Shown one piece after another: positions 55,062 through 63,740 of a DNA stretch of 64,000 bases. The notes beneath the pieces were generated by a model. The model had not been told where the DNA came from. It was given only the letters and a program-made list of their open reading frames with translations, and did not search any database. The position numbers were made by a program, and so were the translations under genes. This DNA comes from Thermoplasmata archaeon (GTDB lineage: Archaea > Thermoplasmatota > Thermoplasmata > UBA10834), in assembly GCA_035529455.1 (NCBI GenBank), contig DATKWQ010000063.1:1274-65273 (forward strand). The letters are read 5' to 3'. Numbering within the stretch: the stretch's first letter is position 1; every line of letters begins with the position of its first letter.

Positions 55062-55696
55062 CTGTACGGGAAACTATTCTTTCCCCCTCCGCCGAGGATT
55101 GTACCTCCCAATGACCTCGCTCTGATGAGGCCTCTCAGGGGCACGCCGTCTATCTCGTTGAGGCTGCTCTTGTTGACGAGCACCAGGGCCAACACGGGTA
55201 CGCCTCCGGCCTCCTTGATGTCCGTTATGGCACCCTTTATCGTCGCGCCAGTGCTCAGGACATCGTCGACGATTATTATCTTCTTCCCATTGCCCACGGA
55301 AGCGTAGTTGGAGCTGAAAGCCCCGCCGCTCTGACTCTCCGAATGCGGGCGGTAGACACCAATGTCTATCCCGAGTACCTCGGACAATTTGGTGGAGAAC
55401 GGAATCCCGTTTATCGAAATCCCCAGAACGACCTCCGCATCCTGGTCCTGCTTTGCTAGTTCCTCAATGGCGATGTCGGCCATCAACTCAGCCATAAGGC
55501 CCACCCTGTATCCAGACACGCCAACAGAACGCCATCCGATCTTGACGTCTGATGGGGGAAGCCCTTCGGGGCCATACTCCACGAGGTAATTAACAGTGTC
55601 AACGGAAAGGTGTAGTTCATCCGCGACCTCACGGACGCTCAGTCCCTTCTTCCTCAAAATCTTGGCATTCGCAGCCAGTTCTTTCACATCTACCAT
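55058..55696 (-). CDS. orotate phosphoribosyltransferase-like protein with N-terminal HTH (putative regulator)
   Basis: HTH LSVREVADELHLSVDTVNYLV. PRPP loop KKIIIVDDVLSTGATI. Confidence 0.7.
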   Translation of the reverse strand: MVDVKELAANAKILRKKGLSVREVADELHLSVDTVNYLVEYGPEGLPPSDVKIGWRSVGVSGYRVGLMAELMADIAIEELAKQDQDAEVVLGISINGIPFSTKLSEVLGIDIGVYRPHSESQSGGAFSSNYASVGNGKKIIIVDDVLSTGATIKGAITDIKEAGGVPVLALVLVNKSSLNEIDGVPLRGLIRARSLGGTILGGGGKNSFPYS

Positions 55697-55724
55697 CTCT
55701 TCACCAGGCTCAAAGAGTACAATG

Positions 55725-56642
55725 TTACGATATTAACCTTTCTCCGCCCTGGTGATCCCCCAGAGATTCGACCAGAGCTACCAGAGCGTTGTTGATGGGC
55801 GTTGGAACGCGCGCGTGAAGCCCTGCTCGGCAGATGTGCCCGTTTATGCTCTGTATCTCCGTCCTCCGACCCAGTTCGATATCGCGTAGCATGCTTGACC
55901 TGTTCGACGCCGTATTCTTGGCGACGACCATAGCCTGCTGATACATCGATTCGTACGGCAGCCTTATCCCGCATGCGTCCGCAACAGCCTCGCATTCCTG
56001 GCTAATGTCCCGTACAAGCATCGACAGGGCTTCGACCCTGGCGATCTCACCATTGGCGACCCTGAGAATAGCAGTCATCGGGTTGATACAGGCATTGATG
56101 GTCGCCTTGGCCCACAACTCCGCCTGTATGTCCACTGTGACTTTCGTGGGCATTCCAGCGGCGGCGAACATTGACGCAAGAGCCTCGGCGGTTTCCGGAT
56201 CTACATCTGCTCCAATGAACGTGCTGCCAAGGCTTGCCACATCGACCACGCCAGGCTCTATCAACAGCGCACCCATCGTGGTTGTCCCGCCGATTGCCTG
56301 TGCCCCTCTCCAGTCACGCAGCTTCTCGAGGTTGCCCAAACCGTTCTGAAGCGTCAGGACTATCGTGTCACTGGCCACCCAATCCCTGCACGCCTCGATG
56401 ACGGACTGAGTCGAGTACGCTTTTGTGGCGATTACTAGCAGGTCCGGAGGGTCTATGTCTGAAACGGTCTCTCTGGCATCTATCATGACCTCCTTATTGA
56501 CCGCTCCTTGGAGCCGCAGACCGTCCTGACGCACGCGATCAACATTGGCTTTCCGACCGACCAGAACGACTTCGTGGCCTTCGGCGAGCAGTCCTCCGAG
56601 AGCACTGCCCATCGATCCCGCGCCAAATACGCAGATTCTCAT
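55725..56642 (-). CDS. panE: 2-dehydropantoate 2-reductase
   Basis: MRICVFGAGSMGSALGG Rossmann N-terminus and SSMLRDIELGRRTEIQSINGHI. Confidence 0.85.
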   Translation of the reverse strand: MRICVFGAGSMGSALGGLLAEGHEVVLVGRKANVDRVRQDGLRLQGAVNKEVMIDARETVSDIDPPDLLVIATKAYSTQSVIEACRDWVASDTIVLTLQNGLGNLEKLRDWRGAQAIGGTTTMGALLIEPGVVDVASLGSTFIGADVDPETAEALASMFAAAGMPTKVTVDIQAELWAKATINACINPMTAILRVANGEIARVEALSMLVRDISQECEAVADACGIRLPYESMYQQAMVVAKNTASNRSSMLRDIELGRRTEIQSINGHICRAGLHARVPTPINNALVALVESLGDHQGGERLIS

Positions 56643-56668
56643 TTGAACAACACGACCATGTTCTCTGG

Positions 56669-57643
56669 CTATTTGTTGGTTGCCGAACGACGCTCGGCGT
56701 TGGCACGCGCATGCGCTATCCTAGTGGGCTCGGGAACACGATGGATGGAGAACTTCCGCACAGTAGAAAGTGCCTGCTTAGGCGACACGCCGTGCCCCGG
56801 TGAAACGAATATCGGCCGCCTTCGACGGTTCGAGAACGAGTATCCACACACAGCTCCATCCACTTCGATTGCGCGCGCACCACGGCGGGTCGGACCCGTC
56901 GCCACTCCATGCAGCAGCCTCTTGGCAACGCCAATGGTCGGCAGGTCGAAAACCACCCCAGCATGACTAGCGATGCCGAAATGCTTCGGGTGGAGAATCC
57001 CGTGGCCGTCGAACATGACGACTATGTCGTCATCCAGAGTGTTCATCAACCGTGACACTATCGGCAATTCACGAAACGCGAGGTAAGACGGTATGTAAGG
57101 AAATCTCGCCTCCGAGACTGCGTGCAGGCTCTCTCTGACCTCACTCGTCTTCGCGTCGAACACAACCACAGAGGCGTACGCTCTGTCCTTGTCGTATGAC
57201 ACATCTACGCCAGCAACGCTCGAGAAAGCTATGTCAAATGTGGGGATATTGACATGCGTCCGCAAGGCGTCCTGCCTCTTCCTGAGAGCCTCCAATGGCC
57301 GGGACGAACGAAAGTCCACGAATAGATGGTTCTGGAAGTCCTGCACACGTCCATTGCGAATCGCCAATCCTTCGTTCCTCAGCAGATCAGCCTTCTCATC
57401 CACCCCGTCGGGGCTCGAGTAGCCACCGATTCCGCCATCGGACCTGATGACCCGTCTGCACGGAACTCTCCTGGTGTTCGTGTTCATACTCATCGCCAGC
57501 CCTACGAACCGCGCCGCGATGGGGTCGCCGAGCGCCTTTGCGACCTCGCCATAGGTGGTCACCATTCCACTCGGTACCTGGGCGACGAGATCGTAGGCCT
57601 CCCTCCACATATCGGGAAGGTTCTCGAACGATGAATGTGCCAT
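56669..57643 (-). CDS. nfi: fusion of an alkyltransferase (MGMT/Ogt DNA-binding) domain with endonuclease V
   Basis: N-terminal ~100 aa: TTYGEVAKALGDPIAARFVGLAMSMNTNTRRVPCRRVIRSDGGIGGY. C-terminal: VAGVDVSYDKDRAYASVVVF, YIPSYLAFRE, MFDGHGILHPKHFGIASHAGV, PTIGVAKRLL (EndoV). Confidence 0.85.
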   Translation of the reverse strand: MAHSSFENLPDMWREAYDLVAQVPSGMVTTYGEVAKALGDPIAARFVGLAMSMNTNTRRVPCRRVIRSDGGIGGYSSPDGVDEKADLLRNEGLAIRNGRVQDFQNHLFVDFRSSRPLEALRKRQDALRTHVNIPTFDIAFSSVAGVDVSYDKDRAYASVVVFDAKTSEVRESLHAVSEARFPYIPSYLAFRELPIVSRLMNTLDDDIVVMFDGHGILHPKHFGIASHAGVVFDLPTIGVAKRLLHGVATGPTRRGARAIEVDGAVCGYSFSNRRRRPIFVSPGHGVSPKQALSTVRKFSIHRVPEPTRIAHARANAERRSATNK

Positions 57644-57692
57644 CCGAAATCAGCAGAGTATATGCAAATATTAAATGTGCGCAGAGACAAGT

Positions 57693-58724
57693 ATGGACGG
57701 CATGAAAAAAGACCCGCTTCTCCGATACTGGCAGATACTAGACGGAGAAGCGGAAGCGAGATACCTCCTCTCCAAGCGCATAATGGTCGATGTTGACCTG
57801 AGACAGGATACTGAGTCACTTTGGGAGATACACGCAAGCGCCATGTCCAACGAGATGCAGGCAGGCAAGACCTCTCTATTGAATCTGAAGATGGAGCTGG
57901 CCAGGCGCATGTTGAACGACTGCGCCTTCTGTGAGCGCACCTGTCATGTCGATAGGAATTCGGGATTGGCAGGCCATTGTGGAGTGTTGGAACCCAAGGT
58001 TTCGAGTGAGTTTCTGCACATGGGCGAAGAGCCTGAGTTGACACCGTCCCATACCATCTTCTTCTCAGGGTGTACCTTTGACTGCGTATACTGCCAGAAC
58101 CACGATATATCCACAGACCCAATGTCAGGAAGGACTATCCCTCCAGAACTCCTTTCGGAAAGGATCGAGCAGAGGGCAGGCATTACCATGGGCGGATCGC
58201 GCCATGATGTAGGTCATCCGCGCTCCGTTAACGTTAATTGGGTCGGGGGAGACCCAACGCCCAACCTCCCGTTCATTTTAGAGACGCTCTCGAGGTGTGA
58301 GGCGAATCTGCCGCAGATATGGAATTCCAACATGTACCTGACAAGACAAGCCATGCAGCTCCTGGATGGGGTAATCGATGTATATCTTACGGATTTCAAG
58401 TATGGCAACGATGAATGCGCAAAGAGACTCTCCAACGTTGACCAGTACATGGCGGTCATCAAACGGAATCACCTACTTGCACGGAACCAGGCGGAGGTGA
58501 TTGTACGTCACCTCGTCCTGCCCTCACACATCGAATGCTGTACGCGACCGGCACTGACCTGGATAGCAGAGAACCTCGATGGAGTGAAGGTCAACGTGAT
58601 GGGGCAATACAGGCCAGCTCACAAAGCGAGGCGATTTGACGAGATATCCTGCCCATTGAGCCTGTCGGAATACAACATAGCTGTTGGCATTGCGCAGGGC
58701 CTGGGTCTCGACCTCTGCGATTGA
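57693..58724 (+). CDS. radical SAM protein, PflX-like (pyruvate formate-lyase activase homologue)
   Basis: CX3CX2C SGCTFDCVYCQNH. An additional N-terminal Cys cluster CAFCERTCHVDR...GHCG. A TATA-like aaatattaaat box overlaps the first ATG (57675), so 57693 is preferred. Confidence 0.75.
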   Translation: MDGMKKDPLLRYWQILDGEAEARYLLSKRIMVDVDLRQDTESLWEIHASAMSNEMQAGKTSLLNLKMELARRMLNDCAFCERTCHVDRNSGLAGHCGVLEPKVSSEFLHMGEEPELTPSHTIFFSGCTFDCVYCQNHDISTDPMSGRTIPPELLSERIEQRAGITMGGSRHDVGHPRSVNVNWVGGDPTPNLPFILETLSRCEANLPQIWNSNMYLTRQAMQLLDGVIDVYLTDFKYGNDECAKRLSNVDQYMAVIKRNHLLARNQAEVIVRHLVLPSHIECCTRPALTWIAENLDGVKVNVMGQYRPAHKARRFDEISCPLSLSEYNIAVGIAQGLGLDLCD

Positions 58725-58804
58725 GTCGGGCCACCGCATACCGCGTCGGACCGGCCGTCCCATACCCGCGAATTCATTAAGTACGTCAATTTTAATCATT
58801 CCGC

Positions 58805-59695
58805 ATGACCCCGCAGGAGGGACTCGCAGTTCTTCAACTGGCAGTCGCCACTGCGATTCTTGGTTACGCCTCGGTACTGGACCTTAGAACGCGGCGCGTC
58901 TCAAATGCCTCTTGGATCGCACTCTCCGTCATCGGAGTCGCGATACTCCCAATCAGGGTCGTCATCGACGAGGCACCGGTGGAATTTCTACTTATCATGA
59001 TTCCCATCCTCGCAATCCTCTCTGACGTATTCTTGGATTCTGATGGCGATTCCGCATTGTCGAGGTATTCGCCCTTGCTGAAGTACGGCGTGGCCGTTGT
59101 TGCCACGGTGGCTCTCGGCATGACCTGGGCGGATGACGAGTACTTCCGGCATCTCCTGGCAATCCCAATCGTGATGATAGTGGTCGTCGTCTTGTACATG
59201 CTAGATATGATCCGAGGAGGGGCGGATGCCAAAGCCTTGATCGCTCTAGCGGTCCTCTTCCCCGTCTATCCCATGATCGCCGGACTTCCACTCATAGCGG
59301 GAAGTGAAGCCCTGCAGACCTTTTTCCCATTCGCTCTCGCCGTGCTCGTGAACGCTGCCATACTCGTGGTATTCCTGCCAATAGTGTTCCTTGTCATGAA
59401 CCTGGCAAGAGGAGATTTGAAGTTCCCTCAGATCTTCGTAGGGTATCGGATGCCAATAGACGTTATAGCAGACGAACATGTCTGGTTGATGGAGAGGATA
59501 GTGAACGGCAGCCACGTGTTCTACACAAGGCCTAAGGTCGAGGAAGACCTCAAACTCGAACTGGCAAGACTGAGTGAGAGGGGCGTCTCAAGGGTATGGG
59601 TCACCCCCAAGATTCCGTTCATAGTGCCGATGCTGGCAGGCCTCATCCTGACAGCGGTGGTTGGCAACTTCCTGTTTCTATTCTTTAGCTTCTGA
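58805..59695 (+). CDS. A24 family prepilin/preflagellin peptidase (PibD/FlaK/EppA-like)
   Basis: First catalytic Asp LDLRTRRVSN. Second Asp in GGADAKAL. Polytopic membrane protein with an archaeal-type C-terminal domain (VWVTPKIPFIVPMLAG). Confidence 0.8.
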   Translation: MTPQEGLAVLQLAVATAILGYASVLDLRTRRVSNASWIALSVIGVAILPIRVVIDEAPVEFLLIMIPILAILSDVFLDSDGDSALSRYSPLLKYGVAVVATVALGMTWADDEYFRHLLAIPIVMIVVVVLYMLDMIRGGADAKALIALAVLFPVYPMIAGLPLIAGSEALQTFFPFALAVLVNAAILVVFLPIVFLVMNLARGDLKFPQIFVGYRMPIDVIADEHVWLMERIVNGSHVFYTRPKVEEDLKLELARLSERGVSRVWVTPKIPFIVPMLAGLILTAVVGNFLFLFFSF

Positions 59696-60385
59696 GGCGC
59701 ATAATCCGGTGAACGGACAGCCTTTGCACAACGGAACAGGCTTGCACCTATTCTTGCAGTGGATGACGACTATGGCGTGGACCCTGGCCATCCTCTGACA
59801 ATCAACGCCAATAGCATTCTCGAAACTCTCCTTCACTGAATCATAACCTCCGTCGACATCCACGCCGATCCTGCGCAGAAGTCTCATGGTGTATGCGTCA
59901 ACAACGAAGCTTGGCAATTCGAGCGCATACAGTAGTATGGCATCAGCGGTCTCTGGACCTATGCCTGGCAATCTCAGCAGCTCTCTGCGGAGTTCGTTGA
60001 CGGGCATGCTGGAAAGGCCTATGATGTCGCCGTGATGCTCCTGCTCTATGAACGAGGCGAACTCCAAGAGATAGGCCGCCTTCTGTTTGTAGAACCCAGA
60101 CGGCCTGATGAGACGTTCCACCTCTTCCCTTCGTGCTGCTATCAGCCTGGCAGGGGTCAAGAGGCCTGCGTTCTTCAACGCCTCGATGGCAACCTCCACG
60201 TTCCTCCATGACGTCCTCTGTGTCAGAATGGCACCAACCGCCACTTCGAATGGCGTCTCGGCGGTCCACCAGTCGGGGTTGCCGTATTCTTTCTCGAGAC
60301 GGTTACAAATCTCGGAAATGAGTGCAGTTGTCAAGTAGGCACCTTCAGAGTGCTTTAGACTATCAGGTTCAGAGGCGTGCCGCAT
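59678..60385 (-). CDS. HhH-GPD superfamily DNA glycosylase (endonuclease III-related) with Fe-S loop
   Basis: LLRLPGIGPETADAILLYALELPSFVVDAYTMRLLRRIG. C-terminal CKNRCKPVPLCKGCPFTGLC. Confidence 0.75.
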   Translation of the reverse strand: MRHASEPDSLKHSEGAYLTTALISEICNRLEKEYGNPDWWTAETPFEVAVGAILTQRTSWRNVEVAIEALKNAGLLTPARLIAARREEVERLIRPSGFYKQKAAYLLEFASFIEQEHHGDIIGLSSMPVNELRRELLRLPGIGPETADAILLYALELPSFVVDAYTMRLLRRIGVDVDGGYDSVKESFENAIGVDCQRMARVHAIVVIHCKNRCKPVPLCKGCPFTGLCASEAKE

Positions 60386-61377
60386 CTTGCGCAGTTACCA
60401 CCATCAGATGTAATGCGCTCGACAACGAATCCTTCCCTTCTGATAGCTAAGTGGTCGCACTTAGGACAGCGCGTGTTGTCCTTGTCTCCAGCGTGCACAT
60501 TACCTATGTACACGAAATCCAGACCCGCCTTCGTAGCAACCTCATAAGCACGGTTCATTGTGCTCATGGGAGTCCTGTGCGCATCCGTGAGCTTGAAATC
60601 GGGATGGAATGCCGAGAAATGGACTGGAACAGACCTGTCCAGACTATCTCTGACCCACGACGAGAAATCCCCGATCTCCCCCTCCGAATCGTTGTAGCCC
60701 GGGATGACAAGATACGTCAGTTCTACGTGGATGCCCAACCCCAAAGCAGTCTGACACGTGCTAAGAACAGGAGCGAGTTTCCCACCACACACGTTCTTGT
60801 AGAATCCTTCTCTGAAGGCCTTGACGTCGATGTTCATCGCGTCGATCACACCCTTCAGCTCCTCCAAAGGCTGTTCCGAGATGTAACCATTGGTGACGTA
60901 GCTCGTCTTCAAACCCGCGGCATGGGCAACTATGGATGCCTCAGTCGTGAACTCGTGCCAAATGGTTGGCTCGTTATATGTCCATGAAACCGACTTCGCG
61001 CCAGCGTCGCGCGCGTACCTAACAACGTCCTCCGGAGTGACATGTGTCAACGACTGCTCCGATGGCGACGCTCTCGAGATGGAGTAGTTCTGGCAGTGCA
61101 TGCACTTGAGATTGCAGCCGACCGAGCCGAATGAGATCGCGGTCGTCCCTGGCATGAAGTGGAAGAGCGGTTTCTTCTCGATTGGATCGGGGTGTATGGA
61201 TGACGCGAGACCGTATATCAGCGAGTAGAGTCTCCCACCTCGATTCTCACGAACACCGCAGAGCCCATGGTTCCCATCGGATATCAGACACCGATGGGGG
61301 CACAGGAGGCAGCGAACCTTGTCCCCCTCGGACTCGTAATGGCTCGCCTCATGATTGGCGCGATCTGAAATGCTCAT
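60355..61377 (-). CDS. AmmeMemoRadiSam-system radical SAM enzyme (AmrS-like)
   Basis: VRCLLCPHRCLISDGNHGLCGVREN, DPIEKKPLFHFMPG and GCNLKCMHCQNYSIS match the family signature from memory. The ORF is open to 61437. Confidence 0.75.
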   Translation of the reverse strand: MSISDRANHEASHYESEGDKVRCLLCPHRCLISDGNHGLCGVRENRGGRLYSLIYGLASSIHPDPIEKKPLFHFMPGTTAISFGSVGCNLKCMHCQNYSISRASPSEQSLTHVTPEDVVRYARDAGAKSVSWTYNEPTIWHEFTTEASIVAHAAGLKTSYVTNGYISEQPLEELKGVIDAMNIDVKAFREGFYKNVCGGKLAPVLSTCQTALGLGIHVELTYLVIPGYNDSEGEIGDFSSWVRDSLDRSVPVHFSAFHPDFKLTDAHRTPMSTMNRAYEVATKAGLDFVYIGNVHAGDKDNTRCPKCDHLAIRREGFVVERITSDGGNCARCGTPLNLIV

Positions 61378-62326
61378 AGCCCAGGTTCTCCAGCTTCTCT
61401 CTCTTGCCGTTGTCGATGAGGATGTTCTCCTCGCCACTGGTCACCTTGCCGATGACCGTAAACGGACAATCTGCCTCGGCCGACAATCTCTCGAGCACAC
61501 TCTCGGCCTCACGCTTGACAGTGAACAGCAGTTCATAATCATCGCCGAAGTTGAGGACCAGCGACTTCTGCCTTTCCAGATCGTGGAATGCCATCCCGAC
61601 CTCTTTCGCCTTCGGGATGCGTGAGTAGTCGACCTCATAGGTGAGACCTGAGTTCCTGGTGAGTTCGAAGATCGACGATGATAGCCCGTCCGATATGTCC
61701 ATGCAGGAAGTGACACAGCCAGAGGACGCGAGCAGCGTGGCTTCTGCGAGACGCGGCCAGGGCCGCTTCAGCACACCCTCGGCCTCGTTCAGGCCCAGGT
61801 TTCGCTTCAAGGAGTAGAACCCCGCGCCAGCCATCCCCAATTCTCCGGAGACAACGACGAGGTCCCCCGGTTTCGCCCCCTTCCTAAGCAGTATCTCATT
61901 CTTGGGAACCTCTCCAAGGGCTGTTCCGCAAAGCGTCAACGACTCGTGTTCCTTGGTGTCCCCGCCCACTATGGAAGTCCCGAAACGCTGAGCACAGTCG
62001 TTCATTCCATCGACCAGCTGCTCCAAGTAATCCATCGGATGGCCGCGTGTGATACCGATGGCTGTAACCAACCCCAGAGGCCTTCCCCCCATGGCTGCGA
62101 TGTCGCTCAGGTTGACGGCTACGAGTGTCCAACCGATGTCGTAGGGGCTCATGCCTTTCGGGAAGTGTGTCTTCCCTGCCATCATATCGGTGGTCACGAG
62201 GAGATACCGGTCTCCGACGTCGATCGCCGCGCAGTCGTCGCCGATTCCCACGTCTGCCTTGCTGCTGACAATCCCGTCGATTATCTTGATCGCTTCACGC
62301 TCTCCCAGTGTGCCTAGCGTCTTCAC
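61349..62326 (-). CDS. thiL: thiamine-monophosphate kinase
   Basis: GEREAIKII...GIGDDCAAIDVGDRYLLVTTDMM and an AIR-synthase-like fold. Confidence 0.8.
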   Translation of the reverse strand: MKTLGTLGEREAIKIIDGIVSSKADVGIGDDCAAIDVGDRYLLVTTDMMAGKTHFPKGMSPYDIGWTLVAVNLSDIAAMGGRPLGLVTAIGITRGHPMDYLEQLVDGMNDCAQRFGTSIVGGDTKEHESLTLCGTALGEVPKNEILLRKGAKPGDLVVVSGELGMAGAGFYSLKRNLGLNEAEGVLKRPWPRLAEATLLASSGCVTSCMDISDGLSSSIFELTRNSGLTYEVDYSRIPKAKEVGMAFHDLERQKSLVLNFGDDYELLFTVKREAESVLERLSAEADCPFTVIGKVTSGEENILIDNGKREKLENLGYEHFRSRQS

Positions 62327-62448
62327 GGCTAACAGAGACCACTAAGTCGTAATTAAGCCTTTTCAGCCGATGGATTCGGCTGTCGGCCAACCGTGACAAA
62401 CCTTAACGTACTAATACACGGACCAGTATTCTTGGCCGGTAATCAGAA

Positions 62449-63696
62449 ATGAAGGTAGAGGTGCCTTTTGGGGAGGGAAAGGAGACCGTTGAGGTTTCTG
62501 ACGATGCCATAGGGGAGATCGTGTTCCCCAACGAGCTTCCGGACAACGACGAGGATAGTCTCCTGTTGAACGCTCTGTCGAACCCCATAGGGTCGACGAG
62601 GCTATCGGAGTTCCTCCAAGGGGCGAAGGATGTAGTCGTCATAGTGAACGACGCAACGAGACCCACCCCAACCGCGAAGGTCATCGACCTGATATATCCG
62701 CACCTCGAGGGATTCGATTTCAAGATTGTGGTCGCCACCGGCATGCACAGAGCGCCTTCCGAGGAAGAGTACCGGTTCGTCCTCGGAGACCGATACGACG
62801 ATCTGATATCTCGCACACACTCTCACGACTCCAAGAACAGCGAGATGCTGAACCTGGGGACGACGAAGAGAGGCACGGATGTGAAGCTCAACAAGATGGT
62901 CATGGAAGCCGACAAGATCATCGTGATAGGAAGCGTGGAGCCGCATTACTTCGCCGGGTACACAGGAGGCAGGAAGGCGTTCTTGCCAGGAGTCTCGGCG
63001 TACGAGACGATCGAACAGAATCACAGACAGGCGCTGAACATCGAGGCACAAGCGCTCCGCCTGGAAGGCAATCCCGTCCACGAGGACATGAAAGAAGCGA
63101 TGACTTATCTCGAGCACGACAAGATATTCTCGATAATGGTCGTCCTGGACAGGAACCACAAGATATGCTCTGCCTATGCTGGGGACATAGACTCGGCCTT
63201 CGATGCAGCTGTGCCGAAGGCAGACGAAGTCTTCGTTGTCGAGATGAAGCGCAAGGCTGAGGTCGTAGTCGCGGTCACATCATTCCCCCACGACATCGAC
63301 CTCTACCAATCCCAGAAGGCCTTGGACAACGCCAAGTACGCGGTGAAAGACGGAGGAATAATCATACTCGTGAGCGCCTGCAGGACCGGCGTCGGCCCGG
63401 ACACGTTCCTCAACCTCCTCGCCAGCGCCGAGTCGCCCAAGGCGGCGCTGGAGAAGATCAGCGGGGAGTACAAGTTGGGGTATCACAAGGCGGCAAAGAT
63501 GGCCGAGATAGGGCTGAAGATGAAGATGTTCGCAGTCACCAAACTGAACCCATCTATTGCGAAGAAGGCCCATCTCATACCCATGAACACGGTCCAGGAG
63601 GCGATTGACGCCGCATTGGCCGAGTTAGGCGGAAACGCCAAGGTGACCTTTATTATGGACGCTGTGATTACCGTCCCGAAAGTCCAGCCAGGATGA
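62449..63696 (+). CDS. LarA-like (lactate racemase / DUF2088) nickel-pincer-dependent enzyme homologue
   Basis: VVIVNDATRPTP, VATGMHRAPSEEE and EPHYFAGYTGGRKAF. Confidence 0.75.
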   Translation: MKVEVPFGEGKETVEVSDDAIGEIVFPNELPDNDEDSLLLNALSNPIGSTRLSEFLQGAKDVVVIVNDATRPTPTAKVIDLIYPHLEGFDFKIVVATGMHRAPSEEEYRFVLGDRYDDLISRTHSHDSKNSEMLNLGTTKRGTDVKLNKMVMEADKIIVIGSVEPHYFAGYTGGRKAFLPGVSAYETIEQNHRQALNIEAQALRLEGNPVHEDMKEAMTYLEHDKIFSIMVVLDRNHKICSAYAGDIDSAFDAAVPKADEVFVVEMKRKAEVVVAVTSFPHDIDLYQSQKALDNAKYAVKDGGIIILVSACRTGVGPDTFLNLLASAESPKAALEKISGEYKLGYHKAAKMAEIGLKMKMFAVTKLNPSIAKKAHLIPMNTVQEAIDAALAELGGNAKVTFIMDAVITVPKVQPG

Positions 63697-63740
63697 ACAG
63701 CAGATTTCGGAAACGCGTAAGTGGCACAAGGAGTGGGACC

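Noticed and set aside
62327-62448. TPP riboswitch upstream of thiL
   Set aside because: Neither strand shows the conserved CUGAGA or ACCUGAUCUGGAUAAUGCCAGCG-type core. Only a simple 7-bp palindrome is present.
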